From Longimicrobiales bacterium (GTDB lineage: Bacteria > Gemmatimonadota > Gemmatimonadetes > Longimicrobiales > Gaopeijiaceae), in the NCBI GenBank assembly GCA_965226375.1, contig CBDDCX010000002.1:1-58843 (forward strand): a DNA stretch of 58,843 bases, read 5' to 3'. Positions within the stretch are counted from its first letter, which is position 1. Every line of letters begins with the position of its first letter. The notes under the pieces are model-generated. The model worked only from the letters and a program-made list of their open reading frames with translations. It was not told the origin of the DNA and searched no databases. Of the stretch, positions 48,768 through 58,843 are shown one piece after another. The translations under genes and the position numbers were made by a program.

Positions 48768-50126
48768 CAGGAATTGGCATACTATCTGGACCGATGTGCA
48801 GCATCGTCCAGTACCGTCCATAAGTGATTGCTATAACAATAGTTTATGGCCATACACTAGCAGTGTACTCCGCTCGCGCCATCCATTGATATCCACTCCC
48901 ATCCCCTATATTATGTGGGGATGGTTACTGTAACGAACAAGGCCACTCCGCCGCGGAAAACCAAGCCTAAGGGCCGTCATCCCGACAAGGCCTTGTCGGC
49001 CGCCTTCGTACGCACCGCCCCGCCTGGAAGACACGCGGACGGCAACGGGTTGTACCTCTTCGTCCAGCCGAGCGGAACCCGGAGCTGGATTCAACGCCTG
49101 GTCATCCGCGGCCGGCGCCGCGAGCTCGGGCTCGGCAGCGTCGCGCTGGTCTCCCTCGCCGAGGCCCGGGAGAAGGCGCTGGCCAACCGCAAGCTGGCCC
49201 GCGAGGGCGGCGACCCGCTTGCCGAGAAGCGTCGTGCGCAGGGCGTGCCGAGCTTCGCTGAAGCCACCGCGCGTGTGGTGGAACAGAAGCGCGCCGGCTG
49301 GCGAAGTCGGGCGCACGGCCGCGAGTGGATCTTGACCTTCGAGCGGTACGCCTTCCCGCGTATCGGGAAGATGCCGGTGTCGGAGGTCACGAGCGCCGAC
49401 CTGCTGGAGATCCTCGCCCCCATCTGGCACACGAAGGCGGAGACCGCCCGGCGGTTGCGCCAACGCCTCCGTGCGGTGTTGGAGTGGGCGGTGGCGATGG
49501 AGTTCCGGATCGACAACCCGTGCGACCGGATCGACCCGGTCCTGGGTCCACAGCATGACGTCGTGCAGCACATGCGGGCCTTGCCGCATCGCGAGGTGGC
49601 CGCGGCGATTCGGACGGCGCGGGAATCGACGGTGCTGTTGGCCGTCCGGCTGGCATTCGAGTTCCTAGTGCTGACGGCGGCGCGATGGGGCGAGGTACGC
49701 TGGGCCGAGTGGACCGAGATCGCTCGGGACGAGGGCGTGTGGACCGTCCCGGCTAGGCGGACGAAGGCGAATCGGGAGCACCGGGTGCCGCTTTGTGGTC
49801 GGGCATTAGAGATTCTGGACGAGGCACGGACGCTCGTGAAGGGAACCAGTCCATATCTGTTTCCCAATCGGGTTGGCAAGCAGCTCGAGGAGAAGCAACT
49901 GCGCCGGATGTTCCAGAAGCACGGGATCGCCGCTGTGCCCCACGGGTTTCGCTCAAGCTTCCGGGACTGGGCGGCCGAGGAGACGGACCATCCGCGCGAA
50001 GTCGTCGAAGCGGCCCTCGCACATGTGGTCCAGAACAGGGTCGAGGCAGCCTATCGGCGCACGGACCTATTCGACCGCCGACGTCGGCTCATGGACGACT
50101 GGGCCGGCTACTTGGCTGGCGAGTGA
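48768..50126 (+). mobile_element. P4-like integrase element, copy 1 (left end + integrase CDS 48921-50126)
   Basis: ADGNGLYL arm-binding domain, LTAARWGE, PHGFRSSFRDW, LAH...AY; ~150-bp left end homologous to copy 2. Confidence 0.92.
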
Positions 50127-50474
50127 GACCCGGAGGCCAGAGCGATCGGTTGATCCGCCGCGCCCTCAGCGGCGCTCGACTGCGGGGTCGCTCCAACCAT
50201 GCACCCCAATGGGTGCAACAGGACGCCCTTCCACCCCGACTCGTCACGTGGTTACCCGCACCGCAGGTTGGCGAGCCGATGCACTATGCCGCGATGGTCC
50301 GGCAGACCTGCCCAGCATATTAGGAACCTCACGCTGCCAACCCACGAGTCTTGATAGAGAGTTCGCGTGGTCCCCTCCATCCGGAGAGTTTGTCTGCTAT
50401 GCGATGGTATTCACCTGACAGTGTGGTGTGAACGCCCCTGGCAACGTGGCTGCTCCTCATACTATATTGCCGGT

Positions 50475-50609
50475 GGACCCAGCGGCAGACTTTGTGCCAT
50501 GTTTCGTGGCACTTGAAACAAACGGCAGGTCCGTTTGCTCATCTCATCGCGGCAGCGATGTCCTAGTCTCACAGGCATTGAGTCTTCGCCAAGGAGTGCC
50601 GCTGGGTCC
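50475..50609 (+). ncRNA. Retron msr-msd RNA
   Basis: Perfect 13-bp a1/a2 IR GGACCCAGCGGCA (50475-50487) / TGCCGCTGGGTCC (50597-50609); G at 50488 in the branching position; stem-loops 50494-50512 and 50519-50537; 22 nt upstream of the RT start. Confidence 0.85.
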
Positions 50610-50631
50610 TCCTATTCCCTCGTAGTGATAC

Positions 50632-52053
50632 ATGTCACAGCTGCGCACGCTACAATCTGCCTCGAGTTTGCGGGACGTCGCTAACCTACTGCACATAAGA
50701 CCCGCCAACCTCTCCTACATACTGTACCACCTGCGACCAGAGACCAAGTACTCTACGTTTACAATTCCGAAGCGGAACGGTGGCACACGTATCATTATGG
50801 CACCCGCAGAACCGCTGAAAATTGTACAGAAACGACTGTCCGTCCTTCTACAGGATTGTCTAGATGAGAACCAGACCCGGAAGGACAATGACAGGATCGC
50901 ACACGGCTTCAAACGCAGAAGATCCATCATAACCAACGCAAAGCAGCACCGGCACCGCCGGTATGTCTTCAACGTTGATCTATCAGATTTCTTCCCGTCT
51001 ATCAATTTCGGTCGGGTCCGAGGATACTTTATCCATGACAGCCACTTCAGCCTACAGAACCGTAATAGCGACTGTATCCCCGTACGCGGCTGGAGCTGGA
51101 CGAGTTCTTCCCCGACCGTCCTTCTACAGGATTGTCTAGATGAGAACCAGACCCGGAAGGACAATGACAGGATCGCACACGGCTTCAAACGCAGAAGATC
51201 CATCACAAGACAGCGTAACCAACGCAAAGCAGCACCGGCACCGCCGGTATGTCTTCAACGTTGATCTATCAGATTTCTTCCCGTCTATCAATTTCGGTCG
51301 GGTCCGAGGATACTTTATCCATGACAGCCACCCGGGCTCGCGGCCTGTTGTTCAGCCTACACGCAAAGGTTGCGACCGTAATAGCACAAATTGCGTGCCA
51401 CGAAAATGCTTTGCCACAAGGCAGCCCTTCCTCACCGGTCATCTCTAACTTGATTACCCACCTCATGGATGTACATCTGGTCCGACTCTCGCTTCGCGTC
51501 GGCTGCATGTACTCTCGTTACGCTGATGATCTAACCTTTTCGACAAACAAGAGGATCTTTCCCTCGGAGATCGCCACAAGTGCCGATGGTGACCCACACA
51601 ATTGGAATCCAGGTAACGAACTTCTAAACGTAGTCGTGCGCTCTGGTTTTGCTCTTAACGACTCCAAGATCCACATGCAATACCAGACTTCTCGTCAAGT
51701 AGTAACCGGCCTCGTCGTGAATCGTCGAATCAATGTCCGACGTGAATATCGCCATCTCGTACGGGCCATGGTTCATAATTTGTTCACGAATGGTGCGTTC
51801 GAAATATCCCGCCACACCAAGTCTAATGGCGTAGATACCATTGAGAAGAGACCAGGTACGATGAATGAACTTCAAGGTATGCTCGGGTTCATCCGCGGCG
51901 TGGATCTCTACAATCTCCGAGCCTCTTATCCAGACCTCGCGATCAACGAACTACCCGAAGAAGTTCAGAACAAAATCCAGAATAGGGAGGCGATGTACCG
52001 TAGTTTTCTTTTTTGTCGGAACTTCTTTGTACCTGAAAAGCCCGTCATTGTCT
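50632..52053 (+). pseudogene. Retron reverse transcriptase, Ec67-like (RT-TOPRIM), with scrambled internal duplication and IS3-truncated C-terminus
   Basis: IPKRNGG.R, HGF, NAKQH (NAxxH), DLSDFFPSI, LPQGSPSSP, RYADDLTFS, VTGLVVN; ends PVIV at the IS3 IR, where TOPRIM would begin. Confidence 0.88.
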
Positions 52054-53326
52054 TGACCTGCCCCCAAGAGTGGTACCACATCCTATGTTAGTCCCAGCAC
52101 CTGTGGAGGGCCGTGAAGGACGGGCATCCTCAGGAACCAGGGCGACGGCTTAATCGCCTCAGGGGCCGGGGGAAAGCCGCCGCAGGCGCTGTGGGGTCGG
52201 ACGGTATTGTACTCGCGCCTCCATTGCTCGACCAGCACGGACGCCTGCGCCAACGAGTAGAAGATCTCCCCGTTCAACAGCTCGTCCCTGAGCTTGCCGT
52301 TGAAGCTCTCGTTGTAGCCGTTCTCCCACGGGCTGCCCGGCTCGATAAAGAGCGTCTCGACGCCCACGCGCCCCAACCACCGCCGCACGAGCTTCGCGGT
52401 GAACTCCGGTCCGTTGTCCGACCTCAGATACTCGGGAGGCCCGTGTCGGACGAACAGATCGGCCAGCACCTCGAGCACGTCGTGCGAGCGGATCTTGCGA
52501 GCCACCACGATCGCCAGGCACTCCCTCGTGTGCTCGTCCAGCACTGTCAGCAGCTTCAGCGCACGCCCGTCGTGCGTCCTCGAGGCCACGAAGTCGTACG
52601 ACCAGACGTGGCCCCGATACAGCGGCCTCAGCCGGATGCACGATCCGTCGTTGAGCCACAGCCGACCTCGCTTCGGCTGCCGCTCCGGCACCTTCAGCCC
52701 CTCCTGCCTCCAGATCCGCTCCACCCGCTTGTGGTTCACCCCCCAGCCCTCGATGCGGAGCATGTCCGTGACGCGTCGGTAGCCGTAGCGGCCGAATCGA
52801 CTCGCTAACCGCACCACGTCGGAGCGAAGCGCCGCCTCGTCGGCCCGCACCTTCCGCCGACGATGCTGCGTCGACCGTGACTGGCCCGAGCACCCGGCAC
52901 GCTCTCCTCTCCGACGCTCCGAGCTGCTGACGTACACGCACCACACAACGTCGTCGGCGCTCGGGGCTCAGAAGTTTCCCTTGGCCGCTTCCTCCAGGAT
53001 CAGCTTGTCCAGTGTCAAGTCCGCCACTGCTCGCTTCAGGCGCCCGTTCTCGCGCTCGAGCTCCTTCAGGCGCCGTGCCCCTGGCTCACCTTCATCCCGC
53101 CGTACTCCCGCCTCCACCGGTAGTACGTCTGCTCGGTGATGCCGAGCTCCCGGCTGATCAGCTTCACGGATTTGCCGCGGGCCAGACCGACCTCTGCCTC
53201 CCGCAGTGTAGTGATGATCTGCTCCGGAGTGTGTCGCTTCCTTCCCATCCTGACCTCCTCGCTGAAAAGCTTCAGACCAGGTCGATCCTAACATTGCACC
53301 TGGTCTCGTTTCAGGGGGTCAGGTCA
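52054..53326 (-). mobile_element. IS3-family element (orfA/orfB, degenerate)
   Basis: IRR TGACCTGCCCCC at 52054; IRL TGACCTGACCCCC at 53326; orfA MGRKRHTPEQII; GGGAAAC slippery site; orf[19 protein letters not shown]. Confidence 0.92.
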
Positions 53327-53343
53327 CTCTTGGGGGCAGGTCA

Positions 53344-53648
53344 GGTGACCTTGCCCGCCTCATGCCGGAAATGGATGCCGGTGTGCGTCTTGTAGGGGGT
53401 CTTATCCTTCGAGAAGCGCGTGTCCCGATAGGTGCGGAACGAGGAGCCACCATTCGCTCGCGGGTCCGCCCGGAAGCGGGGGCTGATCTGCCTCAGATGG
53501 GGCGCGAAATCGACGATGAAACGCAACGCCGGATCCTTGACATCGTCCTCGTACCGTGGCTTGTGCGCCTGAAACCACTCGCGGTTGTTGTTGTTGGCCA
53601 GTTCGCGAAGAAAGCCAGGGTGGCAGGGGTGAAGTAGTGGGTGGTCAT
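53344..53648 (-). pseudogene. DUF2461-family 5' fragment
   Basis: FTPATLAF-LRELANNNNREWF...YRDTRFSKDKTPYK; frameshift near 53610; cut by an IS end at 53343. Confidence 0.8.
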
Positions 53649-53789
53649 CAGAGGTGGCCCGCGGGTTGGAGGAACGGTGTGATGATCGGCGCTATTCCTT
53701 ACCTTGCGAGACGCCTCCCCGCGCAAGCCGCTCGGAGCGGGTGGGGATCACCGATCCCCAATTCACGATTTCAAGGACGACCAGCGCCA

Positions 53790-54269
53790 ATGGCCATGAC
53801 CAAGCTGAGCCGAACGATAGACGCCGACACCGATGTGGTGTTTGAGACCGTGTCCGACATCTCCAATTTTTCCAAGGCCGTGCCCCATATCGTGCGGGTG
53901 GAGTTCCTCTCCGATGTGAAGGTCGGAGTCGGGGCCAGGTTCCGCGAAACGCGCCTGATGCGGGGGAGGGAAGCCACCACCGAGCTCGAGGTCACCGAAT
54001 TCGTGAAAAACGAGCGGGTCCGGATGGTTTCGGACGCCGGCCGGACGATTTGGGACACAGTCTTCACGGTGACGCCGGATGAGAACGGCCGCGGCACGCG
54101 CCTCGACATGGTGATGGAAGCGCGGCCGTACAGGTTCATGGCAAAGCTGGTGGGTCCCCTGATGAAGGGCATGATCGCCAGGGCGATCGGCGAGGACCTC
54201 GACGCCATCAGGGCGTATTGCGAGGGCGGCGATTCGACCGAGGCGCGGATTTCCGCCACGGGCTCCTAG
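53790..54269 (+). CDS. SRPBCC/polyketide-cyclase family protein
   Basis: SRTIDA...VFETVSD...GVGARFRETR...EDLDAIRAYCE. Confidence 0.8.
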   Translation: MAMTKLSRTIDADTDVVFETVSDISNFSKAVPHIVRVEFLSDVKVGVGARFRETRLMRGREATTELEVTEFVKNERVRMVSDAGRTIWDTVFTVTPDENGRGTRLDMVMEARPYRFMAKLVGPLMKGMIARAIGEDLDAIRAYCEGGDSTEARISATGS

Positions 54270-54404
54270 CGGTTCTGCGTGCCGCTGGTGAAGGACGACC
54301 TCCACAGGTGTGCGCGACGAGTTGGTCTGGTGCCGGATGTGCCCGCGCCTGGTCGCGTGGCGGGAAAAGGTGTCGGCTGAGAAGCGCGCTTCGTACCGCG
54401 ACGA

Positions 54405-54880
54405 CCACTACGGGGGCAGGCCCGTCCCCGGGTTCGGGTCCTTCCCGATCCCAAGACCGGCCTGATCCAGATCGAGTGGCGGGAAGGCGGATGCAGGCTC
54501 AGCAGGTCGCTCAAGCACTGCGAGTGGGCTCGGGCGAAGAAGCAGGCGGACGAGTTCGCCGCAGGCTACCTCGGGCCGGAAGCCCGAAGGTAGAGCGGAA
54601 GCCGAACCTGAGCCGCTCACCCTGGGGACGCTTTTTGACATCTACGGTGATGAGGTCACCCCCACCAAGAGCAAGCGATCCCTGAGGTACGACAGGGTCG
54701 CGATGAAGATGTTCCTCAAGTGCTTCGGCAGGAACCGGAGGCCCCCGACGCTCTCCCAGCGGGACTGGGATCGATTCATCCGGGAGCGGCGATCGGGCAA
54801 GGTCGGCCCGAGCGGCAAGCCGGTGCCCGACCGAACGATCGAACGGGACCTGAGGTTCATGCTCGCCGTCCTCAACTGGG
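54405..54880 (+). pseudogene. N-terminal remnant of a tyrosine integrase
   Basis: [17 protein letters not shown]...LTLGTLFDIY...WDRFI.ERR...RTIERDLRFMLAVLNW (SAM-like core-binding region); frameshifted, cut by IS3. Confidence 0.6.
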
Positions 54881-55337
54881 TGACCTGACCCCCTGAAACG
54901 AGACCAGGTGCAATGTTAGGATGGACCTGGTCTGAAGCTTTTCAGCGAGGAGGTCAGGATGGGAAGGAAGCGACACACTCCGGAGCAGATCATCACTGCA
55001 CTGCGGGAGGCAGAGGTCGGTCTGGCCCGCGGCAAATCCGTGAAGCTGATCAGCCGGGAGCTGGGCATCACCGAGCAGACGTACTACCGGTGGAGGCGGG
55101 AGTACGGCGGGATGAAGGTGAGCCAGGGGCACGGCGCCTGAAGGAGCTCGAGCGCGAGAACGGGCGCCTGAAGCGAGCAGTGGCGGACTTGACACTGGAC
55201 AAGCCGATCCTGGAGGAAGCGGCCAAGGGAAACTTCTGAGCCCCGAGCGCCGACGACGTTGTGTGGTGCGTGTACGTCAGCAGCTCGGAGCGTCGGAGAG
55301 GAGAGCGTGCCGGGTGCTCGGGCAGCCACACACGACC
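54881..55337 (+). mobile_element. IS3-family partial copy (IRL, orfA, start of orfB)
   Basis: Near-identical to 52890-53326 reversed; cut by integrase element copy 2. Confidence 0.9.
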
Positions 55338-56747
55338 CAGGAATGGGCAGACTATCTGGACCGGTGTGCAGTATCGTCCAGTTAAGTCCATAAATGACTG
55401 TGATAACAGTAAGTTACGAGCATAGACTAGCAACGCACTCAGCTCACAACATCCATTGATATCCACTGCCATCCCCTATATTATGCGGGGATGGTTACTG
55501 TAACGAACAAGGCCACTCCGCCGCGGAAAACCAAGCCCAAGGGCCGCCATCCCTATCAGGCCCTGTCGGCCGCCTTCGTGCGCACGGCCCCGCCTGGAAG
55601 ACACGCGGACGGCAACGGTTTGTACCTCTTCGTCCAGCCGAGCGGAACCCGAAGCTGGATTCAGCGCCTGGTCATCCGGGGTCGGCGCCGCGAGCTCGGG
55701 CTCGGCAGCGTTGCGCTGGTCTCCCTCGCCGAGGCCCGGGAAAAGGCGCTGGCCAACCGTAAGCTGGCCCGCGAGGGCGGCGACCCGCTTGCCGAGAAGC
55801 GTCGTAGGCAGGGCGTACCGAGCTTCGCCGAAGCCACCGCGCGTGTGGTAGAACAGAAGCAAGCCGGATGGCGAAATCGGGCGCACGGCCGCGAGTGGAT
55901 CTTGACCTTCGAGCGGTACGCCTTCCCGCGCATCGGGAAGATGCCGGTCTCGGAGGTCACTAGCGCCGACGTGCTGGAGATCCTCGCTCCCATCTGGCAC
56001 ACGAAGGCGGACACCGCCCGGCGGTTGCGGCAGCGCATCCGCGCGGTGTTGGAGTGGGCGGTGGCGATGGAGTTCCGGATCGACAACCCCTGTGACCGGA
56101 TCGACCCGGTCCTGGGTCCACAGCGTGACGTCGTGCAGCACATGCGGGCGCTGCCGCATCGAGAGGTGGCCGCGGCCATCCAGACCGCGCGGGCATCAAC
56201 GGTGCCGCTGGCCGTCCGGCTGGCGTTCGAGTTCCTGGTGCTGACGGCGGCACGATGGGGTGAGGTGCGGTGGGCCGAGTGGACTGAGATTGATCGGGAC
56301 GAGGGTGTGTGGACTGTCCCGGCCAGGCGGACGAAGGCGAACCGCGAGCACCGGGTCCCGCTGTGTGGTCGTGCACTGGAGATTCTGGACGGGGCACGGA
56401 CGCTGGTGAAGGGAACCAGTCCGTATCTGTTTCCCAATCGGCTCGGCAAGCAGCTCGAGGAGAAGCAACTGCGCCGGATGCTCGGGAAGCACAAGATCGC
56501 GGCCGTGCCCCACGGGTTTCGCTCCAGCTTCCGTGATTGGGCGGCCGAGGAAACGGATCATCCCCGCGAGGTCATCGAGGCAGCCTTGGCGCACGTCGTC
56601 CAGAACAGGGTTGAGGCGGCCTATCGGCGCACGGACCTGTTCGAGCGCCGACGCCGGCTCATGGGTGACTGGGCTGCCTATCTAGCCGGAGCGCCGCGAG
56701 AACCAGAGGCCACGACTCCCCGAGGGAATGCCGCCGAGCTCCGATGA
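55338..56747 (+). mobile_element. P4-like integrase element, copy 2 (left end + integrase CDS 55491-56747)
   Basis: Highly similar to copy 1; homology starts at the same CAGGAAT junction. Confidence 0.92.
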
Positions 56748-56961
56748 GAAGCTTGGCCGGTCATCGGGGGCGCTAGTGATGGCCAACCGGATTCGGAAGT
56801 CTCGGAAGTGGAGCCGGTGACCAAGTCCACGGACACGTGCGAGTTTCACCAATACCGCGGCAGTTAATTGCGTCCGGGACCTGAGAGCCATCGATCTGCC
56901 AAACATTCGGGAGTCAGAATCCGAATAGCCAGCACGGAAGCCCTGCTGAACTCACCGCTTC

Positions 56962-57675
56962 CTAAGGACCTTCACTCCCAAGCCCAACAGACACGCCAAC
57001 CCGGAAGCTCCATAGGTTCGCCTCGGTCCTACGTGGGTAGATGACGATGCTGCCGTCCGGCTGGTCGACGATGTCTCCCTCTCTCAGGTAACTGGCCATG
57101 CCGTTGTGATGATAGTCGGCACCGAGATCCAACCAGACCGGACTTCGTCCGTTCGACAACCGAAGCCCCAATCCCGCGCCCAGCCGCTTTTGAAAGACGA
57201 GGTCGTCGAAGTTGTTCGTATTGGCGTATGAGTGGCCGGCCCAGTCGTCGCTCCCGCTGAGTCCGGAGGTCGTCACGAAATAGCCGATACCAAGGGAGCC
57301 CCTGGCATAGGGTCGTACGGGGCCCATTTGTTTAGCCAGCTCGGGGCCGACACCGAAGAAAAAGATGTCGTTCCGAGTGTCGAGATCCATGCCTACCCGA
57401 CAACTGTAGACGCTGCAAAACCGGAGCGCCTCACTCCCGTAGTTGATGAAGCCCAGGCTGCCCCGAACGCTGAGCAGTCCGGTCGAATCCAACTCATAAC
57501 GTCCGCCCAGCTCCACGCCCCACCCCTCATCGACAATCAGCCCGAAGTCTCCCGTGGGCTGTGCCCCGACAAACGCAACATCCAAGGATCCACGAGGCGC
57601 GCGGGACGTTTGGGCTTCTACGGCTGCCACGGGTGCGAGAATCATGACAAAGCCGGCCATCAACGCAAAACGCAT
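56962..57675 (-). CDS. Outer-membrane beta-barrel protein
   Basis: GGAGG RBS; signal peptide AVEAQ; amphipathic strands, VRPYARG; C-terminal FRVGVSVGL. Confidence 0.75.
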   Translation of the reverse strand: MRFALMAGFVMILAPVAAVEAQTSRAPRGSLDVAFVGAQPTGDFGLIVDEGWGVELGGRYELDSTGLLSVRGSLGFINYGSEALRFCSVYSCRVGMDLDTRNDIFFFGVGPELAKQMGPVRPYARGSLGIGYFVTTSGLSGSDDWAGHSYANTNNFDDLVFQKRLGAGLGLRLSNGRSPVWLDLGADYHHNGMASYLREGDIVDQPDGSIVIYPRRTEANLWSFRVGVSVGLGSEGP

Positions 57676-57744
57676 CTCTACCTCCTCTGTCACCTGTTTG
57701 TCGATTCCTTGCGGAACTCTCCACCGCGCCTGGAATTCAGAGGG

Positions 57745-57759
57745 GCAAAACCGGTGCCA
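57745..57759 (-). promoter_or_regulatory. Sigma-54 promoter of the OM barrel gene
   Basis: Perfect TGGCAC-CGGTT-TTGC on the minus strand, 70 bp upstream of the ATG. Confidence 0.75.
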
Positions 57760-58287
57760 GGAAAAGAGGATGACTTTCCCCCGGGTCCGAATCCCCCCAA
57801 GAGCCGCCCAACGAAAGGGATTCTCACCCACCGCTGGGGGGCATAACCACGAATTCCGGAAACGGCGGCTGCCGCCGGAAACGGAGGAACGTCCTCTCCG
57901 TAGGACAGTCTTGCTAGAAGTGGGGCACAGCGGGCGATGTCGGCCCCTAGGTTGTCGGAACCAGTGGATTCTCGCCGTTGAGCGGAGCGCAATAGGACCA
58001 AAGTCCAATTACGGATTGAAAGGAGAACCCATAGAATGAAGACGATCATCCATCATATGCCCCTCCGAACGCTGCGCAGCAGCGGAGCATTAACGCAGAG
58101 TCCTAGCCTTCAGACCAAGGTTGCATGCACCAGTGAAAAAAGCTTAGTGAAAAAAGGGCTTGACTCCGCACCCCTATCTGTTAGGTGATGGGGGCGCTGA
58201 GAAAATTGTGCTGCGCCGGAGGTATTCGTAGGAATGTCAGAAATAGATGAGGGCACATCTTCCACTTTCGTGATCAAAGGATCTGAG

Positions 58288-58843
58288 ATGAACCAACACA
58301 AATTCGTTTTCTCGTTGGCGGGGATCGCGGCGCTGCTGGTGGCGGCCCCGGCCATGGGGCAGTTGCTCAACCACCCCGTCCATTCATTGGGGATGGGCCC
58401 GGCCGACGGAGCCACTTTCTTTGCGTTTCAAACCTCTCGTGGATTCAATGACGACTCGGGTAAGCAAATGTCGTGGGCCGCGGCGGTCGGAAGAGGCATG
58501 GAGCGCGTTTCCTTCGCGGGAATGGTGGGCTATGTGGGGAGCGACACCGACGAGCTAACGCTCGCTGCTGCGGTGGCCGTGCACCTCCTCCCTGACCCGG
58601 ACGCCGTTCAGGTGAGCCTTCAGGGTGGCTACGGGTGGGCGTCGATCGATGGCACTCCCGACAACACATCGTTGAGCAACTTTCCGATCGGCATAGCCCT
58701 CTCAACCGCGCCCAGCGACGCGGACACGGAGGTCAGACCTTAGGTGATGCCCCGCCTCAACATTGCCCGACAATCTACCGGCGGTACCAGCAGCACCGAT
58801 ACGGACTTCGGCGTGTCGGGGGGCGTGGTGTGGACGGTAGTAT
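58288..58843 (+). CDS. Outer-membrane barrel-like protein, partial, with in-frame TAG at 58741
   Basis: Signal peptide AMGQ; frame stays open past the TAG: EVRP*VMPRLNI...DFGVSGGVVW. Confidence 0.6.

Noticed and set aside
50632..52053. DGR or group II intron interpretation of the RT and its duplication
   Set aside because: The repeat copies have no adenine-specific mismatches, there is no maturase domain, and retron motifs and msr-msd are present

Overview
A 58.8-kb, GC-rich bacterial chromosomal window; gene content and order suggest Gemmatimonadota (inference). Layout, left to right: (i) a metzincin 3' end, a VapBC-type TA pair and a DinB-family gene; (ii) an array of 17 co-oriented tRNA genes (1.7-3.9 kb) with structured spacers; (iii) an 11-kb accessory island between convergent tRNA-Ser(CGA) and tRNA-Lys(TTT), holding a decayed integrase/xis/PrimPol element with iteron-like repeats, a complete IS1595, two integron-cassette-like genes, IS481 and IS110; (iv) a four-gene ArsM-like methyltransferase / radical SAM / metallophosphoesterase / flavin monooxygenase operon; (v) two divergent 'headless' C-terminal gene halves; (vi) a core block (rnhB-rplS-trmD-rimM-rpsP-ffh-purA, patatin-BamA, pilT, trpS, suhB, hsp20, asd-lysC-dapA-dapD, a MITE, and a peptidoglycan-recycling cluster); (vii) a second accessory region with two P4-like integrase elements whose left ends mimic the integrase's own 3' end, an Ec67-like retron (clear msr-msd, effector domain cut off by IS3), IS3 copies and outer-membrane protein genes. 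Several single-base frameshifts, two Trp-position TAG codons and one scrambled duplication suggest assembly or consensus errors, so pseudogene calls are provisional. Family assignments come from motifs recognised by eye; no database searches were run.
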